Positions 1 to 9,140 are shown, numbered from the stretch's first letter. The stretch is 48,823 bases of DNA from an uncultured Acidimicrobiales bacterium (GCA_964445255.1 CAYUKM010000002.1:1-48823), one strand, 5' to 3'. Notes: generated by a model not told the origin, from the sequence alone. A program made the numbers and translations.

Positions 1-1690
1 CTGCACGTGGGGTGCTTGGATCGCCGAGGGCGATTCCGTCACGGTCGATGTTGGTGACGTAAACAAGGTTTCCGTCTACAGCTACCGAGTTCGGGCCAAC
101 GCCACCGGAGTCAACAACGCTGACGCGGGTGAGGCTGAAGTCGTCGTTGATGCGGAACGAAACAACTTCGTTCGAACCAGCGTTGACGGTAAGCAGGAAC
201 TGCTCGTCTTCGGTCACGATGAGTGAGTCAGCCGAGATGAGTGGGTCAAGTCCTTCGCCACCGTCAAAGTCGGTTGCGCCCTGGCCGCCGGTCTCGAACT
301 CACCAATTGGGGTGAGCGTTCCGTCAGCTGCACGTGCGAATGCTGCAACGGTGTTGTTCTCGAGGTCGTTGGTACCTACGAATACAGCGCCGATTGCGTC
401 GCCAGCGTCGCCGCCATCGTCGCCGCCATCGTCGCCGCCACCGTCAACTGGGATGAGTTGCCAAGCGGTGTCAGAACGCTCTTGGCGTGAGGTGTCAACG
501 TTGAAGCTGCTACGACGGTCAGCGTCAAGGAATCGGTTTACGTCGGTGTTGTAGACACGGTAGGTGCCGTCACCGAGGTCAACGAGATCCCAAGTGATCG
601 CTGCGCTTGGGTCACCGATGTAGGTGACGTTGTAGTTGTCAGCGTCGTTGTCCGATGGACCGTTTGCATTCAGGTAGTTACCGGTCGATACCGACTGGAG
701 GCGGTAGCTGTCGCCGTCAGCGACAAGTACCCACTCGGTAGCGGTGTTCGACTGGTTCGAGGTGCCGACGTTTCCGTCAGGACGTGCCTCGAGGTAACGG
801 CCGAAGTTCTGGTCTACAAGCTGGAAGGTTCCGCTTGGAGCTGCAGCATCATCGCCACCATCGACAGGGACCTGGCTGCCTTCGAAGATCGGGCCAACAG
901 CCGAAACGGTGTTGATTGGATCGCCGAGGGAGATGGTTACGGTTGCGAGGAGCTCGCCGTCTTCGACACCGTTCGTAACGGTTACGCCTGCAGCGGTCTG
1001 GAGACCGAGAAGGTTGTCGAAGCCTGGGTGGATCTGAGCAACGCCCGATGGGTCATCGGTCGAGTCGCCGGAGCCGGTGCCGTCGAAGCCGAGTGAGAAG
1101 CCAGCAGCGCCAGAAGCGTTGTTGACCTCGGTACCGGCATCGATGATGTCTTCACGGTAGATGTTGATGGTTTGCTCACCGAGGAACTCACCGTTGTCGT
1201 CAAAGATGCGGATTGGAGCATCGGTACCGAAGAACGCATCGTTCGTTGGGATGAACATGGAAGCGAACGATACGTATGGGTACGCAGCTGCGTTCCGTAC
1301 ATCGATCGAACCAGAGATGACCTCGCCAGGCGAGATGAATTGGACTTCACCGTTGCCGATGGTTGCCTGCAGGCGACCAGGCTGTGCGAACTCTGAGCCG
1401 AGAAGCTCAGTGTTGCCACCTTCAGCAAGCGACTCGAGACCTGGGGTCACGCGATCGCCGATGTTGAAGAGGTCAAAGTCGTCGGCGTGAAGGCCGACCC
1501 ATGGCTCAGTGAAGAAGAATCCGTCAGCAGGCTGCGCATTCTCAAATGTGAACTGAACGGCTGGTGTGCCGCCCGAGTCTTGTGCCCCGATAGCCACTGG
1601 GGCTACCGCAAGCGTGGTGACGACCAACACGAGAGCAAGCACGGAACGTCCGAACTTCCCTCCTGCTGATCGCAAGCTTTTCAATGTCAT
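1..1690 (-). CDS. Secreted multidomain protein, 3' end cut by the window edge. Signal peptide + spondin_N-like + ricin/CBM13-like beta-trefoil + lactonase-type beta-propeller-like region.
   Basis: Absent from the ORF track because the stop lies left of position 1. Hand translation of the reverse strand from ATG at 1690 (GGAGAG shortly upstream) stays open to position 1. It begins MTLKSLRSAGGKFGRSVLALVLVVTTLAVAPVAIGAQD (signal peptide). A spondin_N-like block follows (ESLAEGGN, SFASMFIPTNDAFFG, DAGTEVNN). Then come three QxW-like motifs (TEWVLV, ITWDLV, TAWQLI), a GGDDGGDDGGD linker, and VFVGTNDLENNTVAAFARAADGTLTPIGEFETGGQGA. Confidence 0.8.
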   Translation of the reverse strand, partial: MTLKSLRSAGGKFGRSVLALVLVVTTLAVAPVAIGAQDSGGTPAVQFTFENAQPADGFFFTEPWVGLHADDFDLFNIGDRVTPGLESLAEGGNTELLGSEFAQPGRLQATIGNGEVQFISPGEVISGSIDVRNAAAYPYVSFASMFIPTNDAFFGTDAPIRIFDDNGEFLGEQTINIYREDIIDAGTEVNNASGAAGFSLGFDGTGSGDSTDDPSGVAQIHPGFDNLLGLQTAAGVTVTNGVEDGELLATVTISLGDPINTVSAVGPIFEGSQVPVDGGDDAAAPSGTFQLVDQNFGRYLEARPDGNVGTSNQSNTATEWVLVADGDSYRLQSVSTGNYLNANGPSDNDADNYNVTYIGDPSAAITWDLVDLGDGTYRVYNTDVNRFLDADRRSSFNVDTSRQERSDTAWQLIPVDGGGDDGGDDGGDAGDAIGAVFVGTNDLENNTVAAFARAADGTLTPIGEFETGGQGATDFDGGEGLDPLISADSLIVTEDEQFLLTVNAGSNEVVSFRINDDFSLTRVSVVDSGGVGPNSVAVDGNLVYVTNIDRDGIALGDPSTPRA

Positions 1691-2206
1691 TACTCTCTCC
1701 GTTTAATCCCGGACCCAACACGGGCCCGTTTGTCTGGTGTACTCGCAAGATACGGGCGGACGCTCTCCGTGAACATGCCGAACGCGGTTAACACGAAATG
1801 AATTCCTTCATAGCGGTGTACAGGTGCTTAACCACTCCTAGTAAGGACCGGGTTAGAAGGAGTCAATTTGGCGAGGTGAAATGCTGATTTTTCAATGCTG
1901 AGAAGCGGTAGTTGGCGAGTCAAAAACGGACGGAACAAAGTGACTGTGGGTCAACCGCAATCGACTTTCCAAGTCGTGAATTTTTGCGAAAGCTGTTCAC
2001 ATCCTTCACGAATCTCTTCGACTACAAAACCGTGTCGAAATGTTGACTTTTGGGTCGCGGTGGATCGCAAATGTTTGTTGCGGTTCCTTTACAGCTCGAC
2101 TAAGACTCGGCATCAAGCCCCGCTGCCAAATTTTAAGTGGCGCGCGTCACAGATACGCGAAAGACTGACCGCACGCGCATTCACATACACAATTAAGGGG
2201 AAACGA

Positions 2207-2698
2207 ATGGAAGTATCCATCACCGTCAACGGCGTGACCAAGAGTCATGACGTTGAACCACGAACTCTTTTGGTTCATCACTTGAGAGACACCGTGGGGC
2301 TGACCGGCACAAACGTTGGCTGCGACAGTTCTTCCTGTGGGGCGTGCACCATTCATATGAATGGTGAATCCGTAAAGTCGTGCACCGTGCTCGCCGTCCA
2401 GGCCGATGGTCAAGACCTCACGACGATCGAAGGGCTCGCTGCCACCGCCCAGGCCGCCGGCATCGCAACCGGCGATCAGAACTGGCATCCAATGCAAGAG
2501 GCGTTCCAGCAATGTCACGGCCTCCAGTGCGGCTACTGCACTCCTGGCATGGTGATGGCCTCCACGTCATTTCTCAAGGAGAACCCGAACCCGAGCGAGC
2601 AAGAGATTCGCGAAGGGCTCGAAGGCAACCTCTGTCGTTGCACCGGCTACCACAACATCATCAAGGCCGTTCAAAGCGTAAGCGGAGGTGCATCATGA
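2207..2698 (+). CDS. coxS: [2Fe-2S] small subunit of a Mo-hydroxylase (CoxS/CutS-like)
   Basis: Lies in the frame of ORF 1895..2698, but the real start is taken as internal ATG 2207, preceded by AAGGGGA. Sequence begins [10 protein letters not shown]. Cys clusters [18 protein letters not shown] and CRCTGY are typical of the 2Fe-2S subunit of the xanthine dehydrogenase/CODH family. Confidence 0.93.
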   Translation: MEVSITVNGVTKSHDVEPRTLLVHHLRDTVGLTGTNVGCDSSSCGACTIHMNGESVKSCTVLAVQADGQDLTTIEGLAATAQAAGIATGDQNWHPMQEAFQQCHGLQCGYCTPGMVMASTSFLKENPNPSEQEIREGLEGNLCRCTGYHNIIKAVQSVSGGAS

Positions 2699-5094
2699 CC
2701 GCGGTTGAAGAACGTGCCGGCAAAATCGGCGACCCGATGCTGCGCAAGGAGGACCCTGCACTCCTTACCGGCGAGAACAAATTCATTGACGACATCCACG
2801 CGCCAGGCGAGTTGTGGATGGGCATGGTCCGCTCAACGATGGGCCACGCAAAGATCAACAGCATCGACACCAGCGAGGCCGAGAAGATGCCCGGCGTTGC
2901 TGCTGTTTACACCGGCGAGCAACTCGCCGAGATGGGCCTTTGGGGGGCTCCCCTGCCCTGCGCTTGGCCGGTCACCGAAGACATGGTCAACCCGCCACAC
3001 AACCCGGTCGCCGTCGGTGAAGCGAAGCACGTTGGCGACATCGTCGCCGTCGTGCTCAGCGACAGCCGCTACGGCGCAGCCGATGCCGCGGAGAAGGTAG
3101 TCGTTGACTACGAGCCACTCCCTGCGGTGGGTTCGCTCGAGGCTGCAGTTGAAGACAAGGTCATGGCGCACTCGGACCTGTCGACCAACAAGGCCTTCCA
3201 CTGGCCACTCGTTCCCGACCCCGAAGCAACCGAGAAGGCCTTCGCTGAAGCGACACATACGGTGAAGGCGAAGTTCGTTCAGCAACGCCTCATCCCATCT
3301 CCCATGGAACCCCGCGGCTGCTTGGCGATCCCCTCCCCCGCTGGAGGCGAGGTCACCTTCTACTCCGCAACGCAGGTGCCGCACATCTTGAAGGTGATGA
3401 TCGCGGCAACCACCGGAATCCCGGAGAGCAAGATCCGAGTCATCGCCCCGTCTGTGGGTGGCGGCTTCGGAGGCAAGCTCAACGTCGACCCGGACGCGAT
3501 CCTTTCGGTCACCCTGGCCAACAAGTTGGGCGTCCCGGTTCGTTGGACCGAGACCCGCACCGAGGCTGCAGGTTCTTCGCACCAAGGCCGCGGCCAAATC
3601 CAGCACATGGAAGTCGCCGCTGACGCCGAGGGCAAGATCCAATCGGTTCGCGTGCACATCGACGCCGACATGGGCGCATACATGATGTTGATCACACCCG
3701 GTGTGCCGCTGCTCGGTAGTTTCCTCTACACCGGCGTGTACGCCATTCCGAACCTGGCATTTACCTGCGATGGATACTTCACCAACCTCACCCCGACCGA
3801 CGCCTACCGCGGTGCCGGTCGGCCCGAGGCCAGCTACGCCATCGAGCGAATCATGGACATGTTGGCCCGAGAGGTGGGCATTAGCCCTGAAGAGATCCGG
3901 GCGCGCAACTACATCAACGGAGGCGAAGCGTTCGAGAACCACGAAGCGGCGTCAACGCTGATCTTTGACTCGGGCCACTACCGCCCGGCGCACGACAAGG
4001 CACTGGAGATGATCAAGCTCGCCGACGTTCGTGCTGAGCAAGCTCGACGCCGTGACGCTGGTGAGGCCAAGCAACTCGGCATCGGTATGTGCAGCTACGT
4101 CGAGATCTGTGGACTCGCACCATCTCGTGCACTCGGAGGCCTGAACTACGGAGCCGGTGGCTGGGAGCACGCAACCGTGCGCCTTCTTCCCACCGGCAAG
4201 GTTGAAGTGGTGTCGGGTTCGACACCACACGGCCAAGGTCACGAAACAGCGTGGAGCCAGATCATCGCCGAGAAGATGGGCGTAGACCCAAACGATGTCG
4301 AGGTACTGCACTCCGATACGGCCAAGAGCCCGCTCGGTCTCGACACCTACGGCTCTCGTTCGTTGGCTGTTGGTGGTGTCGCAATCGCGATGGCTGCCGA
4401 CAAGGTCATCGAAAAGGCCAAGCTCATCGCAGCCCATCAATTCGAAGCTGCACCTGAAGATGTGCAGTTCGAAGCTGGTGCGTTCTCGGTGGCGGGTACG
4501 CCGGCGAAGTCGGTGCACATCCAAGAGCTCGGCTTTGCAGCCTTCGCTGCCCATGACCTGCCCGATGGCATGGAACCGAACCTGCAAGAGCAGGTGAGCT
4601 TCGACCCACCGAACTTCGCGTTCCCGTTCGGCACACACGCATGTGTGGTCGAGATCGACACCGAGACCGGTGGCATCGAGCTGATCGACTACGTCGGGGT
4701 CGACGACTGTGGTCATCAGGTCAACCCGATGATCGTCGAAGGCCAGCTCCACGGAGGCATCGTCCAAGGTGTCGCCCAGGCACTGTTCGAGGAAGCCGTC
4801 TACGACGAGGATGGCAACATCAATAACCCGTCGTTCATGGACTACCTCGTACCGTCGGCCGCCGAAGTCCCGTCGATCTCACTCGACTCCACGGTCACAC
4901 CATCGACCTCGAACCCACTTGGCGTGAAAGGTGCTGGCGAGGCCGGCACGATTGGATCAGCAGCTGCGGTCATGAACGCCGTATGCGATGCGCTTTCGCC
5001 CTACGGAGTGAACGACATGGACATGCCAGCAACACCGAAACGAATCTTCGAAGCGATCCACTCAAATACCAACGATCAGGGAGGTGCGGCATGA
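2695..5094 (+). CDS. coxL: Molybdopterin large subunit, form-II CoxL-like (CODH/xanthine dehydrogenase family)
   Basis: ATG 2695 overlaps the coxS stop (ATGA). Sequence begins [33 protein letters not shown] and is about 799 aa. The active-site loop reads [11 protein letters not shown] (the AYRGAGR form-II signature), not the form-I AYRCSFR. Confidence 0.93.
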   Translation: MTAVEERAGKIGDPMLRKEDPALLTGENKFIDDIHAPGELWMGMVRSTMGHAKINSIDTSEAEKMPGVAAVYTGEQLAEMGLWGAPLPCAWPVTEDMVNPPHNPVAVGEAKHVGDIVAVVLSDSRYGAADAAEKVVVDYEPLPAVGSLEAAVEDKVMAHSDLSTNKAFHWPLVPDPEATEKAFAEATHTVKAKFVQQRLIPSPMEPRGCLAIPSPAGGEVTFYSATQVPHILKVMIAATTGIPESKIRVIAPSVGGGFGGKLNVDPDAILSVTLANKLGVPVRWTETRTEAAGSSHQGRGQIQHMEVAADAEGKIQSVRVHIDADMGAYMMLITPGVPLLGSFLYTGVYAIPNLAFTCDGYFTNLTPTDAYRGAGRPEASYAIERIMDMLAREVGISPEEIRARNYINGGEAFENHEAASTLIFDSGHYRPAHDKALEMIKLADVRAEQARRRDAGEAKQLGIGMCSYVEICGLAPSRALGGLNYGAGGWEHATVRLLPTGKVEVVSGSTPHGQGHETAWSQIIAEKMGVDPNDVEVLHSDTAKSPLGLDTYGSRSLAVGGVAIAMAADKVIEKAKLIAAHQFEAAPEDVQFEAGAFSVAGTPAKSVHIQELGFAAFAAHDLPDGMEPNLQEQVSFDPPNFAFPFGTHACVVEIDTETGGIELIDYVGVDDCGHQVNPMIVEGQLHGGIVQGVAQALFEEAVYDEDGNINNPSFMDYLVPSAAEVPSISLDSTVTPSTSNPLGVKGAGEAGTIGSAAAVMNAVCDALSPYGVNDMDMPATPKRIFEAIHSNTNDQGGAA

Positions 5095-5906
5095 TCCCCG
5101 CAGCATTTGATTACACGGTCGCCGAGTCAGCAGAACACGCTGTCCAACTGCTCGGGGAGTACGGCGACGAGTCGAAGCTCCTTGCGGGCGGACACTCGTT
5201 GATCCCGATGATGAAGTACCGCCTGGCTACGCCAACCCAGCTAATTGACGTCGGTCGTCTCAACGATCTGTCATACATCAACCGGGAGAATGGCCACGTC
5301 GCCATCGGCGCAATGACCAAGCACAAAGAGCTCGAAACGAGCGATGTGCTGGCCGATGCGTGCCCGATGCTTGCCCATGTGGCCTCGCTCGTGGGCGGCC
5401 CAGCCGTCCGCCACCGAGGAACACTAGGCGGCACGATGGCTCACGCCGACTCCGCCTCCGATCTCCCGGCAGCAGTGCTGGCGCTCGGGGGCACGATCGT
5501 GGCCCAAGGGCCGAACGGTCGTCGAGAGATTGCGGCATCGGACTTCTTCGTCAGCTACTTCGAGTCAGCACTTGCGCCCGACGAGATGATCGTCGAGGTC
5601 AAGGTGCCGGCGAACACCGGAGGCTGGAACTATCAGAAGTTCAACCGTCGAGCCCAGGACTGGGCAATCGTCGGTGTCGCCGTAGCCGACGGAGGCAACG
5701 GAGTTGCACTGGTCAACATGGGTTCCACCCCATTGCGAGCTGGCGCAACCGAAGCCGCCTTGGCCGACGGGGCGTCGATCGAAGATGCGGCCGCGATGGC
5801 TGCCGACGGTACACAACCACCCGAAGACCTAAATGCCGATTCCACCTACCGGACACATCTGGCTAAGGTTCTAACCAAACGAGCGCTGGAATCTGCCTCT
5901 GGGTAG
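5091..5906 (+). CDS. coxM: FAD-binding medium subunit (CoxM/CutM-like)
   Basis: ATG 5091 overlaps the coxL stop (ATGA). Sequence [46 protein letters not shown] and RHRGTLGG indicate an FAD-binding PCMH-type fold. Confidence 0.92.
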   Translation: MIPAAFDYTVAESAEHAVQLLGEYGDESKLLAGGHSLIPMMKYRLATPTQLIDVGRLNDLSYINRENGHVAIGAMTKHKELETSDVLADACPMLAHVASLVGGPAVRHRGTLGGTMAHADSASDLPAAVLALGGTIVAQGPNGRREIAASDFFVSYFESALAPDEMIVEVKVPANTGGWNYQKFNRRAQDWAIVGVAVADGGNGVALVNMGSTPLRAGATEAALADGASIEDAAAMAADGTQPPEDLNADSTYRTHLAKVLTKRALESASG

Positions 5907-5987
5907 ATCCTGACGCCATTATTTGCACCGGAACAATGGGGGATCGGTGCTTGCGTCGGCCGCCTCACCTGCGGCTGGCTGTCGGAG

Positions 5988-6035
5988 AGGCTGGTGTGGT
6001 CCGGGGGGTCCACGCCAGCCTTTCCTCGTTTTCCC
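5988..6035 (+). terminator. Intrinsic terminator downstream of coxM
   Basis: A 12-bp stem pairs AGGCTGGTGTGG (5988-5999) with CCACGCCAGCCT (6010-6021), with one G-U pair and a 10-nt loop. It is followed by TTCCTCGTTTTCCC. Confidence 0.6.
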
Positions 6036-6150
6036 GCTCGTTCCTCGCTCCAGGGCTCGGATCCGGCCGTGCCGGCCTCGACCTCGCTCCTGCTGGCCAG
6101 AGGCCCCTTTCCGTTCGATCCGTTGGGGTCAGACCTACTAGGTTCGGGGA

Positions 6151-6879
6151 ATGGACTATGCCGAATACCTCGAGTCGATCGAAGCTGACAGTGCGACCTT
6201 CCTCTCTACTGCAGCCTCACTTCCCCGCGACAACCCGATAGCGGTCTGCGACGGGTGGACCGTCGAGGACCTGGTGAAGCATCTGGTGTTCGTGTGGGGG
6301 TTCGCCACCGCGAACGTTGCCGCTGGCACCGGAGAGAAGACACCCCCTGCTTCTCCGCAGCCGCCCGAAGACGACAACAAGTTGTTCGAATGGGCGAGTT
6401 CCGTGCGAGCCACGATGCTTGAAACACTTTCGGCCGCTGACCCGGACGCCCCCGCATGGAGCTTCGCTCCGCCGTACCAGACGGCCGGGTTTTGGATGCG
6501 TCGGATGAGCCACGAGTCGATGATCCACCGCTGGGATATGCAAAGCGTTGCGCTCCATATCAATCCGTTGTTTCCGCACCGGGCGGCCGATGCCATCGAC
6601 GAATACACCGAGGTCGGTTTGCGCTACTCCTCCGGCAAACCGAATCGCGTGTACCCGTCGCAGTCGTTCCATCTTCATTGCACCGATACCGCCGGCGAAT
6701 GGACCTTAGTGGGCGACGATGGCCCGAATGTGACCGTCACCAAGGAGCACGCCAAGGGCGACGCCGCCGTGCGCGGCCAAGCCGAAGAGGTGCTCCTGTG
6801 GGTGTGGGGTCGGCCGGGCGAAGTCGAGATCTTCGGCGACGAGGCAGTCGCGAATACCTGGCGGGCGCTCGCTCCGTAG
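6151..6879 (+). CDS. DinB/maleylpyruvate-isomerase-N (MDMPI, mycothiol-dependent family) protein, copy 1
   Basis: 242 aa. Motifs VCDGWTVEDLVKHL and RRMSHESMIHRWD match the MDMPI_N/TIGR03083-type pattern. Paralog of 6971..7699. Confidence 0.85.
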   Translation: MDYAEYLESIEADSATFLSTAASLPRDNPIAVCDGWTVEDLVKHLVFVWGFATANVAAGTGEKTPPASPQPPEDDNKLFEWASSVRATMLETLSAADPDAPAWSFAPPYQTAGFWMRRMSHESMIHRWDMQSVALHINPLFPHRAADAIDEYTEVGLRYSSGKPNRVYPSQSFHLHCTDTAGEWTLVGDDGPNVTVTKEHAKGDAAVRGQAEEVLLWVWGRPGEVEIFGDEAVANTWRALAP

Positions 6880-6890
6880 GAAGCGGACTA

Positions 6891-6938
6891 TCGGTGGTTT
6901 GGGGTCAGACCCTCCGATAGTCGGTGGTTTGGGGTCAG
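6891..6938 (+). repeat. 18-nt perfect direct repeat (TCGGTGGTTTGGGGTCAG x2, period 30) in the 91-nt spacer between the paralogs
   Basis: The copies lie at 6891-6908 and 6921-6938. They are nested with the stem ACTATCGG (6887-6894)/CCGATAGT (6914-6921) and with the GGGGTC-AGCGCA-GACCCC hairpin (6931-6948). TTGGGGTCAGACC also occurs at 6123-6135, upstream of copy 1. Confidence 0.8.
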
Positions 6939-6970
6939 CGCAGACCCCGTTGGTCCTCTAGGTTCTGGCC

Positions 6971-7699
6971 ATGGAGAAAGACGACTTCCTGGCCTCGATC
7001 GAATCCGACAGCGAGAAGCTGCTCAGCACTGCGGCGTCGATGCCTCAGGACAACCCAATTGCGGTGTGTCCGGGATGGACCATGCGCGACCTTGTCGCCC
7101 ACCAGGGATGGGTGTGGGGCAATGCTGCGGCCAATGTCAGTGCGGGCATTAGCGAGCACACGCCGCCCGCCAATCCGACGCCGCCGGAGGACCCCGACAA
7201 GCTGTTCGAATGGGCCGCGAGCGTGCGCACCGCAATGCTCGAAGCGCTCACGACTGCCGAACCGACAGATCCGTGTTGGACGTTCGCTCCACACAACCAG
7301 ACCGCTTCCTTCTGGCAACGGCGCATGACTCACGAAACGATGCTTCACCGTTGGGATGCACAGAGTGCAGCGCTGAACATCGATCCGCTCTACCCCGAGA
7401 TCGCCGCAGATGGGGTCGACGAATACCTCGAGATCGGGCTCCAACATTCGCCTCGACGCCGAGACCGAGCCTATCCGTCGAATTCACTGCACCTTCATTG
7501 CACCGACACGGTCGGCGAGTGGACAGTCGTCGGTGACGATGGCCCGAACGTCACCATTACCAAGGAGCACGCCAAGGGCGACGCCGCCGTGCGCGGCCAA
7601 GCCGAGGAGGTCCTCCTGTGGGTATGGGGTCGCCCTGGCCAAGTCGAGATATTCGGTAGCGAAGACGTCGCGAAAACCTGGCAGGCCTTGGCTCCATGA
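6971..7699 (+). CDS. DinB/MDMPI family protein, copy 2 (tandem paralog)
   Basis: 242 aa, aligning with copy 1 without gaps at an offset of exactly 820 nt. Motifs are VCPGWTMRDLVAHQ and RRMTHETMLHRWD. The stop overlaps the next ATG. Confidence 0.85.
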   Translation: MEKDDFLASIESDSEKLLSTAASMPQDNPIAVCPGWTMRDLVAHQGWVWGNAAANVSAGISEHTPPANPTPPEDPDKLFEWAASVRTAMLEALTTAEPTDPCWTFAPHNQTASFWQRRMTHETMLHRWDAQSAALNIDPLYPEIAADGVDEYLEIGLQHSPRRRDRAYPSNSLHLHCTDTVGEWTVVGDDGPNVTITKEHAKGDAAVRGQAEEVLLWVWGRPGQVEIFGSEDVAKTWQALAP

Positions 7700-8931
7700 G
7701 TGATCTCCCCGAGCTCAGCCTCGACTTCGTACGATCGCAGTTCCCCGCATTCGATCAAGACAGCCTGGACGGTTGGGCGTTCTTTGAGAACGCTGGCGGC
7801 TCCTACCCGAGCCGTCAGACCGTCGACCGACTGCACCGGTTCTACACCGAGACGAAGGTCCAGCCCTACGCCCCATATCCCGCGTCGACGGAGGGCGGCC
7901 GCCAAATGGACGACGCGTATACCCGCCTCGCAGGCGCCCTGAACGTGGGGCCCGACGAGGTGCACATTGGGCCGTCCACCTCGCAGAACACCTACGTGCT
8001 CGCCCAAGCATTTCGTGCTGGCTGGGCCGAAGGCGACGAGATCATCGTCACCAACCAAGACCACGAGGCGAACTCCGGTGTCTGGCGACGGCTCGCCGAT
8101 CACGGCATCGTCGTGAAGGAGTGGGGCATCGATGCCGACACCGGGATGCTCGATGTCGCTGCGCTCGATGGCCTCATTACCGATCGCACCAAGCTGGCGG
8201 CGTTCCCGCATTGCTCGAACATCATTGGCTATCTGAACCCGGTCGCCGACATCTGCGCGAAGTTCGCCGCCTCGAATGTGATCACGATCGTCGATGGGGT
8301 TTCCGCTGCGCCGCACGGTCTGCCCGATGTCGCTGCCCTCGGCGCCGACGTCTATCTGTTCTCTGCGTACAAGACGTGGGGTCCCCATCAGGGGGTCATG
8401 ACGGTGCGCCGGTCGGTGTGCGATGGCCTTCCCAACCAGAGTCACTTCTTCAACGACGGCGAGATTCATAAGCGACTCGTTCCTGCCGGACCCGATCACG
8501 CACAGGTGGCCGCGATGAACGGCGTGGTCGACTACATCGACGCCGTGCACGAGGCCCACTTCGACGACGGCGCGCTCCCTGCCGAGCGCGCACAGCGAGT
8601 GCACGATCTGTTCCGCACTCATGAGAGCAAGCTCCTCGCCCCGCTACTGGAGTTCGCTAGCGCCGATGAACGCGTACGGGTGGTTGGGCCGACGAGCCTG
8701 GAGAACCGGGTGCCAACGCTTGCTCTGGTGACCGAGCGCAATCCCCACGGCGTTGCCGAGCAGCTCTCGGAACACAAGGTGATGGCCGGTGCGGGTGACT
8801 TCTACGCGGTTCGTGTTCTCGAAGCGATGGGTATCGATCTCGACCCTGGGGTGCTGCGGCTCAGCTTCGTTCATTACACCTCACCTACCGAGATCGATCA
8901 ACTGATTTCTGCACTATCTGTGACTCTCTAG
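7696..8931 (+). CDS. Class-V aminotransferase-fold PLP enzyme (cysteine desulfurase-like / C-S lyase-like)
   Basis: 411 aa. FFENAGGSYPSRQ at the N-terminus and SAYKTWGPHQG (candidate PLP-lysine) fit the family. ATGA overlap with the preceding gene. Confidence 0.88.
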   Translation: MSDLPELSLDFVRSQFPAFDQDSLDGWAFFENAGGSYPSRQTVDRLHRFYTETKVQPYAPYPASTEGGRQMDDAYTRLAGALNVGPDEVHIGPSTSQNTYVLAQAFRAGWAEGDEIIVTNQDHEANSGVWRRLADHGIVVKEWGIDADTGMLDVAALDGLITDRTKLAAFPHCSNIIGYLNPVADICAKFAASNVITIVDGVSAAPHGLPDVAALGADVYLFSAYKTWGPHQGVMTVRRSVCDGLPNQSHFFNDGEIHKRLVPAGPDHAQVAAMNGVVDYIDAVHEAHFDDGALPAERAQRVHDLFRTHESKLLAPLLEFASADERVRVVGPTSLENRVPTLALVTERNPHGVAEQLSEHKVMAGAGDFYAVRVLEAMGIDLDPGVLRLSFVHYTSPTEIDQLISALSVTL

Positions 8932-9099
8932 ACAGTTCGCCCAGACGTTTTGCTACATGTTTCCCGTGGAAACGCTCCGGAAATGCCAAACGGGCAATGT
9001 TGACAGGCCAGCACCCTCCACTCACACACTCCCGGATGGGGTGGACTGTTCGGCGGAACAGTGAACCTTGAGTGCATGGCAACCGGCGGAAGCCAGTTG

Positions 9100-9140
9100 A
9101 CCCATCGTGTTTGATCAACACGATGGGTTGACGCCGATTT
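9100..9140 (+). terminator. Strong hairpin, candidate terminator of the DinB-aminotransferase unit
   Basis: A 12-bp perfect stem pairs ACCCATCGTGTT (9100-9111) with AACACGATGGGT (9117-9128), with loop TGATC. The following T-tract is weak (GATTTGG). Confidence 0.45.

Noticed and set aside
129-1490. Listed ORFs 129..554 (+, SPPSSPPSSPP), 982..1428 (-) and 1161..1490 (+)
   Set aside because: All lie inside the long reverse-strand reading frame that starts at 1690. That frame has a signal peptide, recognisable domains and an SD. The listed ORFs are low-complexity GC-shadow frames.
1895-2206. N-terminal 104-codon extension of the coxS ORF, and likewise 2380..2694 for coxL and 4983..5090 for coxM
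   Set aside because: Homology-like sequence begins at the internal ATGs (2207, 2695, 5091). These either have an SD or overlap the preceding stop as ATGA. The extensions run through AT-richer non-coding DNA or through the preceding gene in another frame.
2833-3942. Long antisense ORFs, including 2833..3942, 3952..4767, 7495..8622, 15072..15764, 33531..34400, 37591..38373, 38108..38899 and 46184..46981
   Set aside because: Each lies opposite a gene with clear family motifs. Their products are Arg/Gly/Val-rich with no motifs. This is the typical stop-codon-poor antisense frame of high-GC DNA.
2695-5094. Calling the operon a bona fide aerobic CO dehydrogenase
   Set aside because: The large subunit carries AYRGAGR rather than the form-I AYRCSFR loop, and the gene order is SLM rather than MSL. 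CO oxidation is therefore not supported.
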